Virus record (IMG/VR): IMGVR_UViG_3300042891_001512
Span: 1-64,000 of that record
DNA length: 64,000 nt
Direction: 5' to 3' (one strand)
Origin: a virus
Lineage: Duplodnaviria > Caudoviricetes
Made by a program: the position numbers and the translations under genes. Every line of letters begins with the position of its first letter. The first letter of the stretch is position 1. Under the pieces are notes generated by a model. The model saw nothing but the letters and a program-made list of their open reading frames with translations. It was not told the DNA's origin and searched no databases. Below are positions 1 to 9,058 of this stretch, piece after piece.

Positions 1-190
1 ATTCAGGAAAGTCTAGGTCATCATTGTTGTAGTGTCTGTACACTTCTTGAAATGCTTTACTGGCAGACAATGGGTTATTGCGTAAGCGACGCTTGATCTT
101 TTCTTGCTCAATGCCGCGCACAATGCCGATTACAAAGCCAGTGATAGCACTAAATGCCATGTAGCCCCAGAATAGTTTCTTATAGTTCAT
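1..190 (-). CDS. hypothetical membrane protein, partial (runs off window)
   Basis: ATG at 190 with AAGGA RBS; MNYKKLFWGYMAFSAITGFVIGIVRG has a hydrophobic N-terminus; frame open to the window edge. Confidence 0.55.
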   Translation of the reverse strand, partial: MNYKKLFWGYMAFSAITGFVIGIVRGIEQEKIKRRLRNNPLSASKAFQEVYRHYNNDDLDFPE

Positions 191-224
191 GATTATTTTC
201 CTTTTAAGGGTAGTTTAGACATAG

Positions 225-680
225 TTAAACCTTAGATCTGCACATTTCGATAAAAGCTTTCTGAAAATCATATTCAGAGTCATTATAAGGAATAGTGTAG
301 TTATTTAAAGTTAAATCTGTTTTACCTGATTGAAAATAAGTGTTATATGCAACCAGGAAATCAAAGATAGCGTTTACATAAGCAAACTGATAATCGGATA
401 GAAGTGGTACGTCAAGAGCACGAACATAAGAACGAACTGCTTCCATAGCATTTGTTTCGTCTTGCCATTCTTTGGTAGTAGGAACAGATCCTCTGTTTAA
501 AGAAATTTGTTCTTGAATATCAATTAAACGATTTAATTCGCGAACAGAATTGAGGTTACAATCTGTTCCATAATTGATGGTAGTTACAGTAGTTTCTACT
601 GCAACTGGCTTGCTGTTACCGCAAGAAGCTACAACCATAACGAGTATAGATGTAGCTAGAATAGTTTTTAAGATTTTCAT
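225..680 (-). CDS. putative lipoprotein
   Basis: Signal peptide with lipobox-like VVASC (MKILKTILATSILVMVVASCG). Confidence 0.65.
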   Translation of the reverse strand: MKILKTILATSILVMVVASCGNSKPVAVETTVTTINYGTDCNLNSVRELNRLIDIQEQISLNRGSVPTTKEWQDETNAMEAVRSYVRALDVPLLSDYQFAYVNAIFDFLVAYNTYFQSGKTDLTLNNYTIPYNDSEYDFQKAFIEMCRSKV

Positions 681-875
681 GATTTATCTTTCTTGAATAG
701 TTTCATTTTCTTGATGTATATTGCTAAGCCGGCAATAACAAATGCTATTGCTGTAGTGATGGTTGTAAGCTTTTTCACAAGGTTCCTTTCATTGTTTTAT
801 TAAATATTTTGCGAAGCCACACCATCATGGTGATACTGCCTGCTGCAAATGATATTGAGATTAGTCCGAATGTTT

Positions 876-1181
876 TCATGCTGCTTGATCCTTTTCGCTA
901 ATATAAGCATTGATCATGTTGCCATACATTTCTACAACAGCCTTGCCCTTTTCAAAGGTTTCAATTACTGGCATAGTGTATGTAAGATGGTCTGATGAGT
1001 CTGGTGAAAAACCACTAGGGCTTTGAACACTGTATTCAATTTGATTAGTGCCATCTGACAATTGCTCAACGCGCATTGAACTAATCATGCCTTTAGGAAG
1101 TGAACGACCATCACGGTTGTAAACTCTAAAGCCATAATACTTTACATAATCGGTTGTTTCTTCAAATTTTTCTACTTGCAT
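876..1181 (-). CDS. hypothetical protein
   Basis: 101-aa ORF with GAAAGGT RBS, same orientation as neighbours. Confidence 0.65.
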   Translation of the reverse strand: MQVEKFEETTDYVKYYGFRVYNRDGRSLPKGMISSMRVEQLSDGTNQIEYSVQSPSGFSPDSSDHLTYTMPVIETFEKGKAVVEMYGNMINAYISEKDQAA

Positions 1182-1349
1182 GGTTCTACCTTTCAGTGTA
1201 GTGTTAGGGTTTTATCTTGTAGGGTATGGAAATCTTCTAAGCACCAATCTTCAGTGGTGATGATAGGACTTCCTTTGGATGTAATGGATACTGTTACTGT
1301 GAGTTTGGTCTTGTGACATATGGCACACAAACCTTTGCGTGGTATGTCA

Positions 1350-1592
1350 TCAATCATTTGTATTTTCATGGGTTATTCCCTCCCGACTTATTCCTTTAGA
1401 ATAATACTCAATGTCTATGTCCCTGTGACATACGCCACAATAAATTCCACGACAATCTATTTCCTCAAAGTAGAACTGGTGGTTCATACAACGATGTAAT
1501 TTCCATGGGTTGCCGGCAACATATCGCACAATCCCGCGAACGAAGACTGCTGATATGAGGATTAGAATGCCTAAAGGTAAGATGAGATCCAT
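1350..1592 (-). CDS. small membrane protein with Cys/His motif
   Basis: N-terminal hydrophobic helix, HxCxxH and CxxC; coupled to upstream ORF (TAATG overlap). Confidence 0.55.
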   Translation of the reverse strand: MDLILPLGILILISAVFVRGIVRYVAGNPWKLHRCMNHQFYFEEIDCRGIYCGVCHRDIDIEYYSKGISREGITHENTND

Positions 1593-1870
1593 TAGTAGTC
1601 TCCATGTTTAGCTGCATCGAGAGATTCGAGGCAAGGGTTGCTTCCACAGCATTGGCAAGGCTTGAGATTATCAAGTGCATCCTGTAAAGAAATAACTTTA
1701 TCGGACAACTGCTCAATAAGTATTTGGTGTGATTCACAGATCTCAAGCAATGAGTCTGTACGACGGTTCATTTCCTTGACCGTTTCTAGCAAAGTCATCT
1801 GGCTAATCTTTATTAGACCTTCTTTAGTCGCAATAAGATTAACATCAAATGAGTCATCTTGAATTCCCAT
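1592..1870 (-). CDS. hypothetical coiled-coil protein with C-terminal Cys cluster
   Basis: 92-aa ORF, AAGGA RBS, CQCCGSNPC motif. Confidence 0.55.
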   Translation of the reverse strand: MGIQDDSFDVNLIATKEGLIKISQMTLLETVKEMNRRTDSLLEICESHQILIEQLSDKVISLQDALDNLKPCQCCGSNPCLESLDAAKHGDY

Positions 1871-2123
1871 AACAATCCTTTCAATTGATTATTTACACAG
1901 ATTTCTTGCTTTTTTAGCTGCTTCTTGAGCTGCTGTCCATGTTGGAAACCAAGATAGACATTCTTGACAAGTAGCGTCATGATGTTCTACGCTTTCAAAT
2001 TCGCAAGGATCAGGTGCTGCTGTTCCGCAAATGTAAGGTTCACTCATGCTATTCTCCTTTTCTCCGACTTATTCCTAAGGATTAGAATACTAGGAACAAA
2101 AAAAAGATTAGGGAACTAGTTGC

Positions 2124-2180
2124 AAAAAAAATGTCAGCCAAGCCGATGTATGCGGGGGACATACACCGACCTGACTGACA
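2124..2180 (-). terminator. rho-independent terminator after putative SSB gene
   Basis: Minus strand TGTCAGTCAGGTCGGTGTATG-loop-CATACATCGGCTTGGCTGACA followed by a T run. Confidence 0.75.
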
Positions 2181-2201
2181 AAACGGGCTAAAACTAAAGT
2201 G

Positions 2202-2729
2202 TCAGAAAGGCACTTCAGCAGTAGCAGTGGATGTAACAACTGGCGCAACCAAAGCAGCACCACGGAAGTCAACGAGGATATCGAGGTCATCGATATTGCC
2301 ACGCTGAGGGGAAACAGCCAACTCGGCAATGTCATAAGTCAAAGCCGTGTCGTCCTTCAACCAAATGGTCTGGTTGGTCACAGTGTATGTGCCACCAAAC
2401 TTGTTGGTCAATTCCTTCGTCCGCAGTTCGCCCGCAGTAAAGCACTCGCTGTCGTTGAGTACAGCAAGACGGCAACTTGGGTGATACAGTTCACCGTTAC
2501 TGTCAGTGGCTGTGCCATCAATGAATGCCTGAGCAATCGCGACGACTTTGCTTGCACGAGCAGCGTCCATCCAGATAGTGTAGTTCACACCAATCTGAAA
2601 GCCTGCTTCCTCACCGAACTTGGCCTGTAGTGTTACAGGAATTTCGGTCTTGTTGAACGAGCCTGAGCCGTCCTTCAAGTTATGTGTGTGCGTTGTAGGT
2701 GCACCAACCTTAGTGATGAGAAGAGTCAT
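2202..2729 (-). CDS. putative single-stranded DNA-binding protein
   Basis: Beta-rich ~175 aa, low-complexity linker and C-terminal ...EVPF resembling SSB acidic-PF tails; GGAAAGGGG RBS before ATG 2729. Confidence 0.4.
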   Translation of the reverse strand: MTLLITKVGAPTTHTHNLKDGSGSFNKTEIPVTLQAKFGEEAGFQIGVNYTIWMDAARASKVVAIAQAFIDGTATDSNGELYHPSCRLAVLNDSECFTAGELRTKELTNKFGGTYTVTNQTIWLKDDTALTYDIAELAVSPQRGNIDDLDILVDFRGAALVAPVVTSTATAEVPF

Positions 2730-2958
2730 TAGACCCAACCCCTTTCCGTGACCGTAGTCACATAAACTACCAGCAACCCGATGTTACCAGTAGGCGAAGT
2801 CCCGAAAGACCCCGACTTATTCAACGGCCAGACCCGTGATGGGGGCCAGACCGCGGAAAATCTCTTGAACCGTGTTTAGAATCAAATTGGAACCAAGTCT
2901 TGGGGACTAGGCAGAGCACGGTGCTTGTTTAGAATATAACATTAAGATAATACTTATC

Positions 2959-5634
2959 CTAGAGGCCCAGATCCTTGAGCCCCTGGATAAGCAGATCCAT
3001 CATTGATTTCTGCCCACGCTTGCCGGCTTGGAACATTACACGGTCAACTAGACCATAACGCAGATGAGCATTGGCCTTGATGTATTCGCCACGACCTTCG
3101 TGATACACCCTCTCGTAGCTCATCTTTGGATCAGTCATCCAGCGATAGATAGCAACAGCCATCTTGGTTGGTGACTTGGACGTTTCAATCTCATCGACCA
3201 TCATCTTGACAATGGCTTCCAACTCGGTTGAAGAATACACAGCGTTCCATGCCTTGAAGTAGCGGCTTGACCACTTTGTCTCTTCTGCCTTAGCTTCTGC
3301 CTTACGCTCGTCAAATGCACGCAACATGTGGATATACTTGGTGTTGAATGCTTCACAGACAGCCTGTGTTTGATCTGACAGTGTAGGGATTAACTGTTGC
3401 AGTTGAGGGATTAACTCAGAACGCATGCGGAGATAGATGGTGTTCTTCTTCTCTTCGCGTACATCCTTGAGTACCTTGATGTAGTGCTCACTGAGCTCTG
3501 CCAATGGTCCATCATAGACATTACCTTCCAACTCATGCTTGAACCGATCAGGGATACGACTCATCATGTAGCTGTCAATCTTGATATCTTGTTTGATGAT
3601 ATCATCGATCATTGATTGCCACATGGTTGATACGCTGCCACTGATAAAGCGGAATGCCTCAATGTTTGCTGTTTGAGAGCTTGCATCGATAATGTCATTA
3701 CCACTAGCTGGCATGTAGGTTGGATAGCTTGGACCAAACACATTTGCATGTACCATCATGAAGTTCGAGAATGAACCAAATCCAGGGTTGTGCAATTGTG
3801 CATCAATCATGTGCTTGGCGTTATCTCGTGTGAATCCCCTCTTGCTGTACTGCGTTGAGTTCAGGATTTCATTGAGCTTAGTGTCAACAATGGTGTCTTT
3901 AAGCAGTGTGCTCATTGGCAGTGTTGCTTTGCTAAGGTCAATTACCTGTACCATCTCTTCGTTTACACGCATAAATGGCATTGTCTCTGCATCGTAACGC
4001 TCGATTGAATAACCACCAGGTCCGTTTGGTGAACGAATGATAACAACCATGTCGATTGCTTCTTCTGGTGTGGTTGGTACTTCCAGGTCAGCTGGGATAA
4101 CAAATCCATCCCTGAATTCCTGGTGTGACAACCCATAGAGAGTTACAACTGGCGAAGAGCTCCACAATTTAATGCGGATGAACCTAGCCATGTCACCATC
4201 TTGGTCCCATGTGTCGTGAAGGTCTGCTGTCTCAACAAAGCGGTTGCCTGGGATGATTGCACCGAAGCGCTTGTCATACCATACAACATTTGACTTTGAC
4301 TCTGGCAGCTCTTGTCCACCCATGATTTGCAATGCCTCATGAGTAATGACAGGAGCCATGAATGCATTAAACATTGGCAACCAGATGTTACCACGCTTAA
4401 CTGATGCACTCATGCGATTAGCAAGCTGACCGTACGCCATGTGGATGAAGTTTGAGCTGTCATACAATGAGAACCCAGCCTTTTGCCACTTAATGTAGTT
4501 TGCTTGCCACTCTTGGAGTTCATTGTCTTCGTTGACTACTCCATGATCCTCTTGATCATCCATGCTAACAGTCATCCATTCTGGCATATTGCCCACTTCG
4601 ATTTCTTTCTTGAAGTCAGACAAAAGACTGTCACATGTAGCTGTGAGGTGTTCAGTGGTGTACAACCATGGATTGTTGATCATTGATTGATCGTCAATCG
4701 TTACTTCGTACAGAGTTGGCATCGGCCACGCTACAAATGTATAATTACCATCTGTGGTGGACAATTCCTTCTTTTCCATTGATTCGTGGTACACAATGTC
4801 TGCTGGGATTTCATCATCCTCAACAATGTGCAACAAGCCCTTAAGCATGAAGCCTTCCATTTTCATACGGAACAACCAAGTACGATTGTCACCGTGCACA
4901 CCACCAATCATTCTGCCTCTTACTTCCGCATCTTTGATAGGGAAACAAGCTTTGATGAATGCTGATTTGCGCATAAAGGCTGGTCCATCAAACATCACCT
5001 CATCTGCTGGATCATACTTCAACCCATAGCTAGAGTAGTATTGCTCAAGCCATTCGTTTGTATAAGCCTTAGTGGTGACTGACTTCATTGACCTTGAACG
5101 ATATACCTGAGTAAACCGTGTGATTTCTTGAAGTCGCTTTGATGTCTTCTTCATGTCGATTACGCTGACACCAAGATCATCCAATGACCAGTTGTTGTCT
5201 TCACGCATCTTCAAGAAGAAAGCATGTGTTGCATTAGCCCAGGCAAAGTTGGATTCTTCGATGAGTGCATCTAAGTCTCCGTTGTCCTTGCTGATCCACT
5301 GCTTCAGCTCATTGATTGTAATCATCTTAAGCTTGAACTTCTTACCGCGGCTGTTAAGCTTGTGCTCCAAGAGTCCATACTTCCAAGTAGGGTTGTTGTT
5401 GATTGGCATAAGCCAGATATGGTGGTTGTATGCACCATTCTCACCAGTGCGAACTGTTGTCCCCATCTTGAATGGTTTGCCCGTCTTCTTTACGGTTGAA
5501 TAGGCCAATGACTCACGCTCTGTTGGGTCGTTGGTGATGGTGTGGAAGAAGTCATGCATGAATGCAATCACTTCTGCTCCTTTCTGTTGAGGCTCTGTCG
5601 TTAAACGATTGAGCTTTTGTTGTGGTGTTTCCAT
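2959..5634 (-). CDS. putative single-subunit double-psi-beta-barrel RNA polymerase (YonO/QDE-1-like)
   Basis: Motifs FDGP, FRMKMEGFMLKG, LHDTWDQDGD (DxDGD) and IIRSP; ~890 aa; GGGAGG RBS before ATG 5634. Confidence 0.6.
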   Translation of the reverse strand: METPQQKLNRLTTEPQQKGAEVIAFMHDFFHTITNDPTERESLAYSTVKKTGKPFKMGTTVRTGENGAYNHHIWLMPINNNPTWKYGLLEHKLNSRGKKFKLKMITINELKQWISKDNGDLDALIEESNFAWANATHAFFLKMREDNNWSLDDLGVSVIDMKKTSKRLQEITRFTQVYRSRSMKSVTTKAYTNEWLEQYYSSYGLKYDPADEVMFDGPAFMRKSAFIKACFPIKDAEVRGRMIGGVHGDNRTWLFRMKMEGFMLKGLLHIVEDDEIPADIVYHESMEKKELSTTDGNYTFVAWPMPTLYEVTIDDQSMINNPWLYTTEHLTATCDSLLSDFKKEIEVGNMPEWMTVSMDDQEDHGVVNEDNELQEWQANYIKWQKAGFSLYDSSNFIHMAYGQLANRMSASVKRGNIWLPMFNAFMAPVITHEALQIMGGQELPESKSNVVWYDKRFGAIIPGNRFVETADLHDTWDQDGDMARFIRIKLWSSSPVVTLYGLSHQEFRDGFVIPADLEVPTTPEEAIDMVVIIRSPNGPGGYSIERYDAETMPFMRVNEEMVQVIDLSKATLPMSTLLKDTIVDTKLNEILNSTQYSKRGFTRDNAKHMIDAQLHNPGFGSFSNFMMVHANVFGPSYPTYMPASGNDIIDASSQTANIEAFRFISGSVSTMWQSMIDDIIKQDIKIDSYMMSRIPDRFKHELEGNVYDGPLAELSEHYIKVLKDVREEKKNTIYLRMRSELIPQLQQLIPTLSDQTQAVCEAFNTKYIHMLRAFDERKAEAKAEETKWSSRYFKAWNAVYSSTELEAIVKMMVDEIETSKSPTKMAVAIYRWMTDPKMSYERVYHEGRGEYIKANAHLRYGLVDRVMFQAGKRGQKSMMDLLIQGLKDLGL

Positions 5635-5681
5635 GGGTTTTACCTCCCCATTTGTTGTTGGTTGATTATTTGATTGATTTA

Positions 5682-6482
5682 CTACAGACACGCGATGCAT
5701 CCGTTCATGAATACCTCAGTGCCTGATCCGCCCATTTCTTCTGGCTGATACTTAGTGCCACATACATGACATTCAACTTTGCCAAATGGCTCATCCTCAT
5801 CGATAACTTGGACAGGCTTAACGGGCTTAGGCTTGTATGCCTTGAGCTTGTCAATGGCTGCTGATGCCCACTTGGTGGTGAGTACATTTGTTCCATCGAT
5901 ATGTGCTTTCATCTTTGTTGTCAAAGACTCCTGCTCATCAATTGTCATGTTTGATTTAACTTCCAAGAACAAAGACCGGATAAACTTTATCTGCTTATCT
6001 GTCATTGGCTTGTTCTTTGGTGCAAGTTGAGCCAGTTGCTCTCCACACAGTTCACAATAAACTGCCTTGTAGTCTGTGTTTACTTGTCCTGGAATTAATT
6101 TCCAATCCCAGACTTGGTGTTTGCATTGCTTCATCGGATTTACCTCCCGAATTGTTGTTGGTTGATTTGACATGGCTTCTTTCCTTTCGTTGTTTGTTGT
6201 TTCTTGATTGACATTTTCTTGCGGTACTAACTCAATTGCGGTAGACCCCTGTAGACCGTGCAAAGGACGCTCTGGGTAGTAACCAAGTTGTGGGACTGGA
6301 TCCCAGTTAATAGATACGGTATAACCTCCCTTTGGTATCTTCTGGACATAGTTCCATTTTCCACGTGAATTTTGCCTATTAACAGATACTCCATTGGGTT
6401 CAAACCTAACCCACTTTACAGTGCCTGTTATATGAGGCTTTGCCTTGGAACGTACCTTGTCCCCTGGATTGAATGGCTTCAT
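5682..6482 (-). CDS. hypothetical protein (SH3-like N-terminus, zinc-finger motifs), likely with internal starts at 6173 and 6134
   Basis: FNPGDKVRSK beta-barrel-like start; CELCG, CHVCG and CIAC motifs; internal RBS+ATG sites. Confidence 0.55.
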   Translation of the reverse strand: MKPFNPGDKVRSKAKPHITGTVKWVRFEPNGVSVNRQNSRGKWNYVQKIPKGGYTVSINWDPVPQLGYYPERPLHGLQGSTAIELVPQENVNQETTNNERKEAMSNQPTTIREVNPMKQCKHQVWDWKLIPGQVNTDYKAVYCELCGEQLAQLAPKNKPMTDKQIKFIRSLFLEVKSNMTIDEQESLTTKMKAHIDGTNVLTTKWASAAIDKLKAYKPKPVKPVQVIDEDEPFGKVECHVCGTKYQPEEMGGSGTEVFMNGCIACL

Positions 6483-6484
6483 GA

Positions 6485-6736
6485 TTACTTTCCTCCCTCG
6501 TTGAATAGTGATAGTTGGTTGTCTTTCATTGTTTGCTTTGCTTGAGATACTAGTTTCTTCTTCTCGACCCTAGTTTCACTGCCTGCTTTGCATTCGGTGC
6601 ACCATATGCGCCTTACTGGGTAAAACGTAATCCAAGCATTAGCTATGTGAACATAGTGTTTGCCTAGAGCACACCACACCTCTTTCTCTGAATCCCGAGC
6701 AAAACGGGAATAGTTCTTCCAATGTAACCTTGCCAT
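6485..6736 (-). CDS. small Cys/His zinc-binding protein
   Basis: WCALGKH...WCTEC, ends QLSLF (resembles a beta-clamp-binding motif); coupled ORFs. Confidence 0.55.
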   Translation of the reverse strand: MARLHWKNYSRFARDSEKEVWCALGKHYVHIANAWITFYPVRRIWCTECKAGSETRVEKKKLVSQAKQTMKDNQLSLFNEGGK

Positions 6737-6963
6737 TACTCCCCCTTTATGTTTTCTTCTAGGAATTGTTTTGCATTTTTCTCACACCAACCACACGAAC
6801 CACATTTCTGAATGTGCGTGTTTAATTTCCAGATTATGAGATGCTTTTCTAACTGTTTCTGCTGGCGAGAACTTAAAAGATATCCGCCATTGTTCTTTTC
6901 GCAGAAATCAAAGTATGCTTGCCTGTCTAAATCAAGCACACCTAATTTGAATATATCACTCAT
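6736..6963 (-). CDS. hypothetical protein
   Basis: 75 aa, HxxxCxxCxxC; AAGGAG RBS; coupled. Confidence 0.55.
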   Translation of the reverse strand: MSDIFKLGVLDLDRQAYFDFCEKNNGGYLLSSRQQKQLEKHLIIWKLNTHIQKCGSCGWCEKNAKQFLEENIKGE

Positions 6964-7490
6964 TACTTTTCTCCTTGGTTGTTGTTTGTTACTCGTAATT
7001 CAATTTCCATGTCTCGGCATGTCAATTCAAGGTTTGCGTTGAGGTTAAACCGATCAATTATGGCTTCAATGAATTCCCTTGAAAATCCATACAAAGTATT
7101 ATTAACGTTAACCTCGGTGTATTGAATACCGCTATTGGCAGTGTGGACTGATGGCCTTCCACTCCATGGTCCGGTAAGAACCCTGTGTGATCCATCTTGC
7201 ATTGTCAATTCAAATGACTGGCCTCCATAACCACGACCAATTTTATTGGATCCATCATGGATAAAGCCATTAACAATTGCACCATCATCTGAAATGCCAA
7301 CAAATGAATATGATGATTTTGTTTCATCACACACATTTTCGTATTGGGTATACGTCAATGCTCCACTTGTTAGCCGATTGTCATTTGATTGGATTTTAAC
7401 CTCATGCCATTCTCCCATGTGATGTAACACAATTTCAGCTTTTGAGATTAAATCCAGCCTTGACTGGAATTTATTATTGTTTTCTAACAT
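6963..7490 (-). CDS. hypothetical phage protein
   Basis: 175 aa with GYGG...LTGPWS motif; AAGGAG RBS. Confidence 0.65.
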   Translation of the reverse strand: MLENNNKFQSRLDLISKAEIVLHHMGEWHEVKIQSNDNRLTSGALTYTQYENVCDETKSSYSFVGISDDGAIVNGFIHDGSNKIGRGYGGQSFELTMQDGSHRVLTGPWSGRPSVHTANSGIQYTEVNVNNTLYGFSREFIEAIIDRFNLNANLELTCRDMEIELRVTNNNQGEK

Positions 7491-7550
7491 TACTTGTCTC
7501 CTTTGTTGTTTTTTGGCTTACTGTTTTTCTGTTGATTGCAAAAATCTATC

Positions 7551-7754
7551 TTAGAGCATTCGGCCTTTCGTCAAGACCATAATTGCATTCCAGTAGATGT
7601 CTGCATCTTTTTCTTGCTTGTTGGCCTCTGCATCGTTCAATGCAAAAACCAATTCATTGATGAGTGCTTTCTTGCTTAGTTTTTCTTGTAGTATTTTTGC
7701 TACAATTTCTTCGGCAGTGAACACTCTTGGTTTTGGTACATTTTCTTCAGACAT
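7551..7754 (-). CDS. hypothetical protein
   Basis: 67 aa; AAGGAG RBS. Confidence 0.55.
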   Translation of the reverse strand: MSEENVPKPRVFTAEEIVAKILQEKLSKKALINELVFALNDAEANKQEKDADIYWNAIMVLTKGRML

Positions 7755-7790
7755 TCGTTTCTCCTTTTGGATTGTTGTTTGTTGACATGT

Positions 7791-8108
7791 TTACTTTCCT
7801 CCGTTTTCTGTTGGTAGTTTAATTGATTCAGCAATGCGCAAATAACGAGTCTTCAATTCTGGATTGAGTTCTACGATATCGTTAACCATTACTGTGGTGC
7901 TATTGCCGTAGCAATTGGCCTTGGCTATACTCCAAAGAGTATCTCCTTCGTATGCAACAACTGAACTTACGTGACAGTATGTTGGCTTGTTGGTTAGCTT
8001 GCCCATTGTAACTAAAGCCGCAATTGCGACAATAAGAACAACGAACATTTTTGTTGCTTTACTCACTGCTTTCTCCTTTGTGTTGATTGATGTTTTCATT
8101 TGAGCCAA
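7791..8108 (-). CDS. LysM domain membrane-anchored protein
   Basis: TM helix then VAYEGDTLWSIAK...IVELNPEL...LRIAESIKLP, matching the LysM consensus; true start may be downstream. Confidence 0.8.
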   Translation of the reverse strand: MAQMKTSINTKEKAVSKATKMFVVLIVAIAALVTMGKLTNKPTYCHVSSVVAYEGDTLWSIAKANCYGNSTTVMVNDIVELNPELKTRYLRIAESIKLPTENGGK

Positions 8109-8368
8109 TCTCCTTCTGTGTTGGTGTTTTCATTTGATGTGTTACCGTATTCCCATACACGCTTACCTGCATAGCCGAGACCCGCAAGCAAGATGATTGC
8201 CACACCTGTAGCATTAAGCATGCTGAGGATAAAGCCCAATACTTCAAATACAGCACTGAACAGTATGCCTATAGCACCGAATGCTACAGATACTAGTGGG
8301 GTGAATAGAACAAGCGTTATGCCCACAGCCACTTTGTGGTTGAGGATCCAATTCTTGATCGTATACAT
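8096..8368 (-). CDS. small membrane protein
   Basis: Two long hydrophobic segments; AGAAGGT RBS. Confidence 0.65.
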   Translation of the reverse strand: MYTIKNWILNHKVAVGITLVLFTPLVSVAFGAIGILFSAVFEVLGFILSMLNATGVAIILLAGLGYAGKRVWEYGNTSNENTNTEGDWLK

Positions 8369-8478
8369 GATTATTTACCTTCTTTCGTTAGGTATTACTG
8401 CTCACACGATGTGAACATCAAACACCACGAAACCTAAATCCCATGGTGTTTACAACTCACATCAGAGTTGATTATTTA

Positions 8479-8977
8479 CTTGTTGTCCGGGTTTTGCTTA
8501 CTTACTTAACTTGTTAATTAACTCAGAAAAAGAATTAAGATTTTCCTTAATTTCTTTCCAAGTATATTTATAGCTACTAAATTGACCATGATACAGAGAA
8601 TCTTTTTCATATATCATCTCCATGATGGCATTGTTATCCCAATCCCACAAAAAGTATGGACGGTCATACTCCCACTTTTTGCAGAACTTAATACGAAAAT
8701 CCATGTCGTATGCTCGAGATTCTAATACTCGAATAAGCTGATTATGAAGACTGGATTCTAACTCTTTGCGCTGACGATCCCAGAATTTAGCAAATGGGGT
8801 TAAAACTTCAACCCTTTCTGCATTATTGAAATTCTTTGGTATTAACGCAAAGACTTCTTCTGCTGACAATTTTATTGACAGGTTTGTTTTTGATTCCCAC
8901 CTGTCTACTCTAGTTTCTTTTATCATGTTTTTCCCCGTTGTTTGTTTAAGTTGATTTTCTTAAACCCGGACAACAAG
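8479..8977. repeat. 16-bp perfect inverted repeat flanking ORF 8498-8926
   Basis: CTTGTTGTCCGGGTTT at ~8479-8494 and AAACCCGGACAACAAG at ~8962-8977. Confidence 0.8.
8498..8926 (-). CDS. hypothetical protein (AT-rich insert)
   Basis: 142-aa ORF, visibly more AT-rich than its neighbours. Confidence 0.6.
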   Translation of the reverse strand: MIKETRVDRWESKTNLSIKLSAEEVFALIPKNFNNAERVEVLTPFAKFWDRQRKELESSLHNQLIRVLESRAYDMDFRIKFCKKWEYDRPYFLWDWDNNAIMEMIYEKDSLYHGQFSSYKYTWKEIKENLNSFSELINKLSK

Positions 8978-9058
8978 AAACTTAATTCAATGTTTTACTT
9001 GCCAGAATAATCGCAAGGTTCATGTTATTTAACGTCCACCAATGGACAATGTACTTGA

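Noticed and set aside
2199-2630. Plus-strand 143-aa ORF and other antisense ORFs inside RNAP, recA, MCP and fibre genes
   Set aside because: Antisense shadows of well-supported genes with no RBS or motifs
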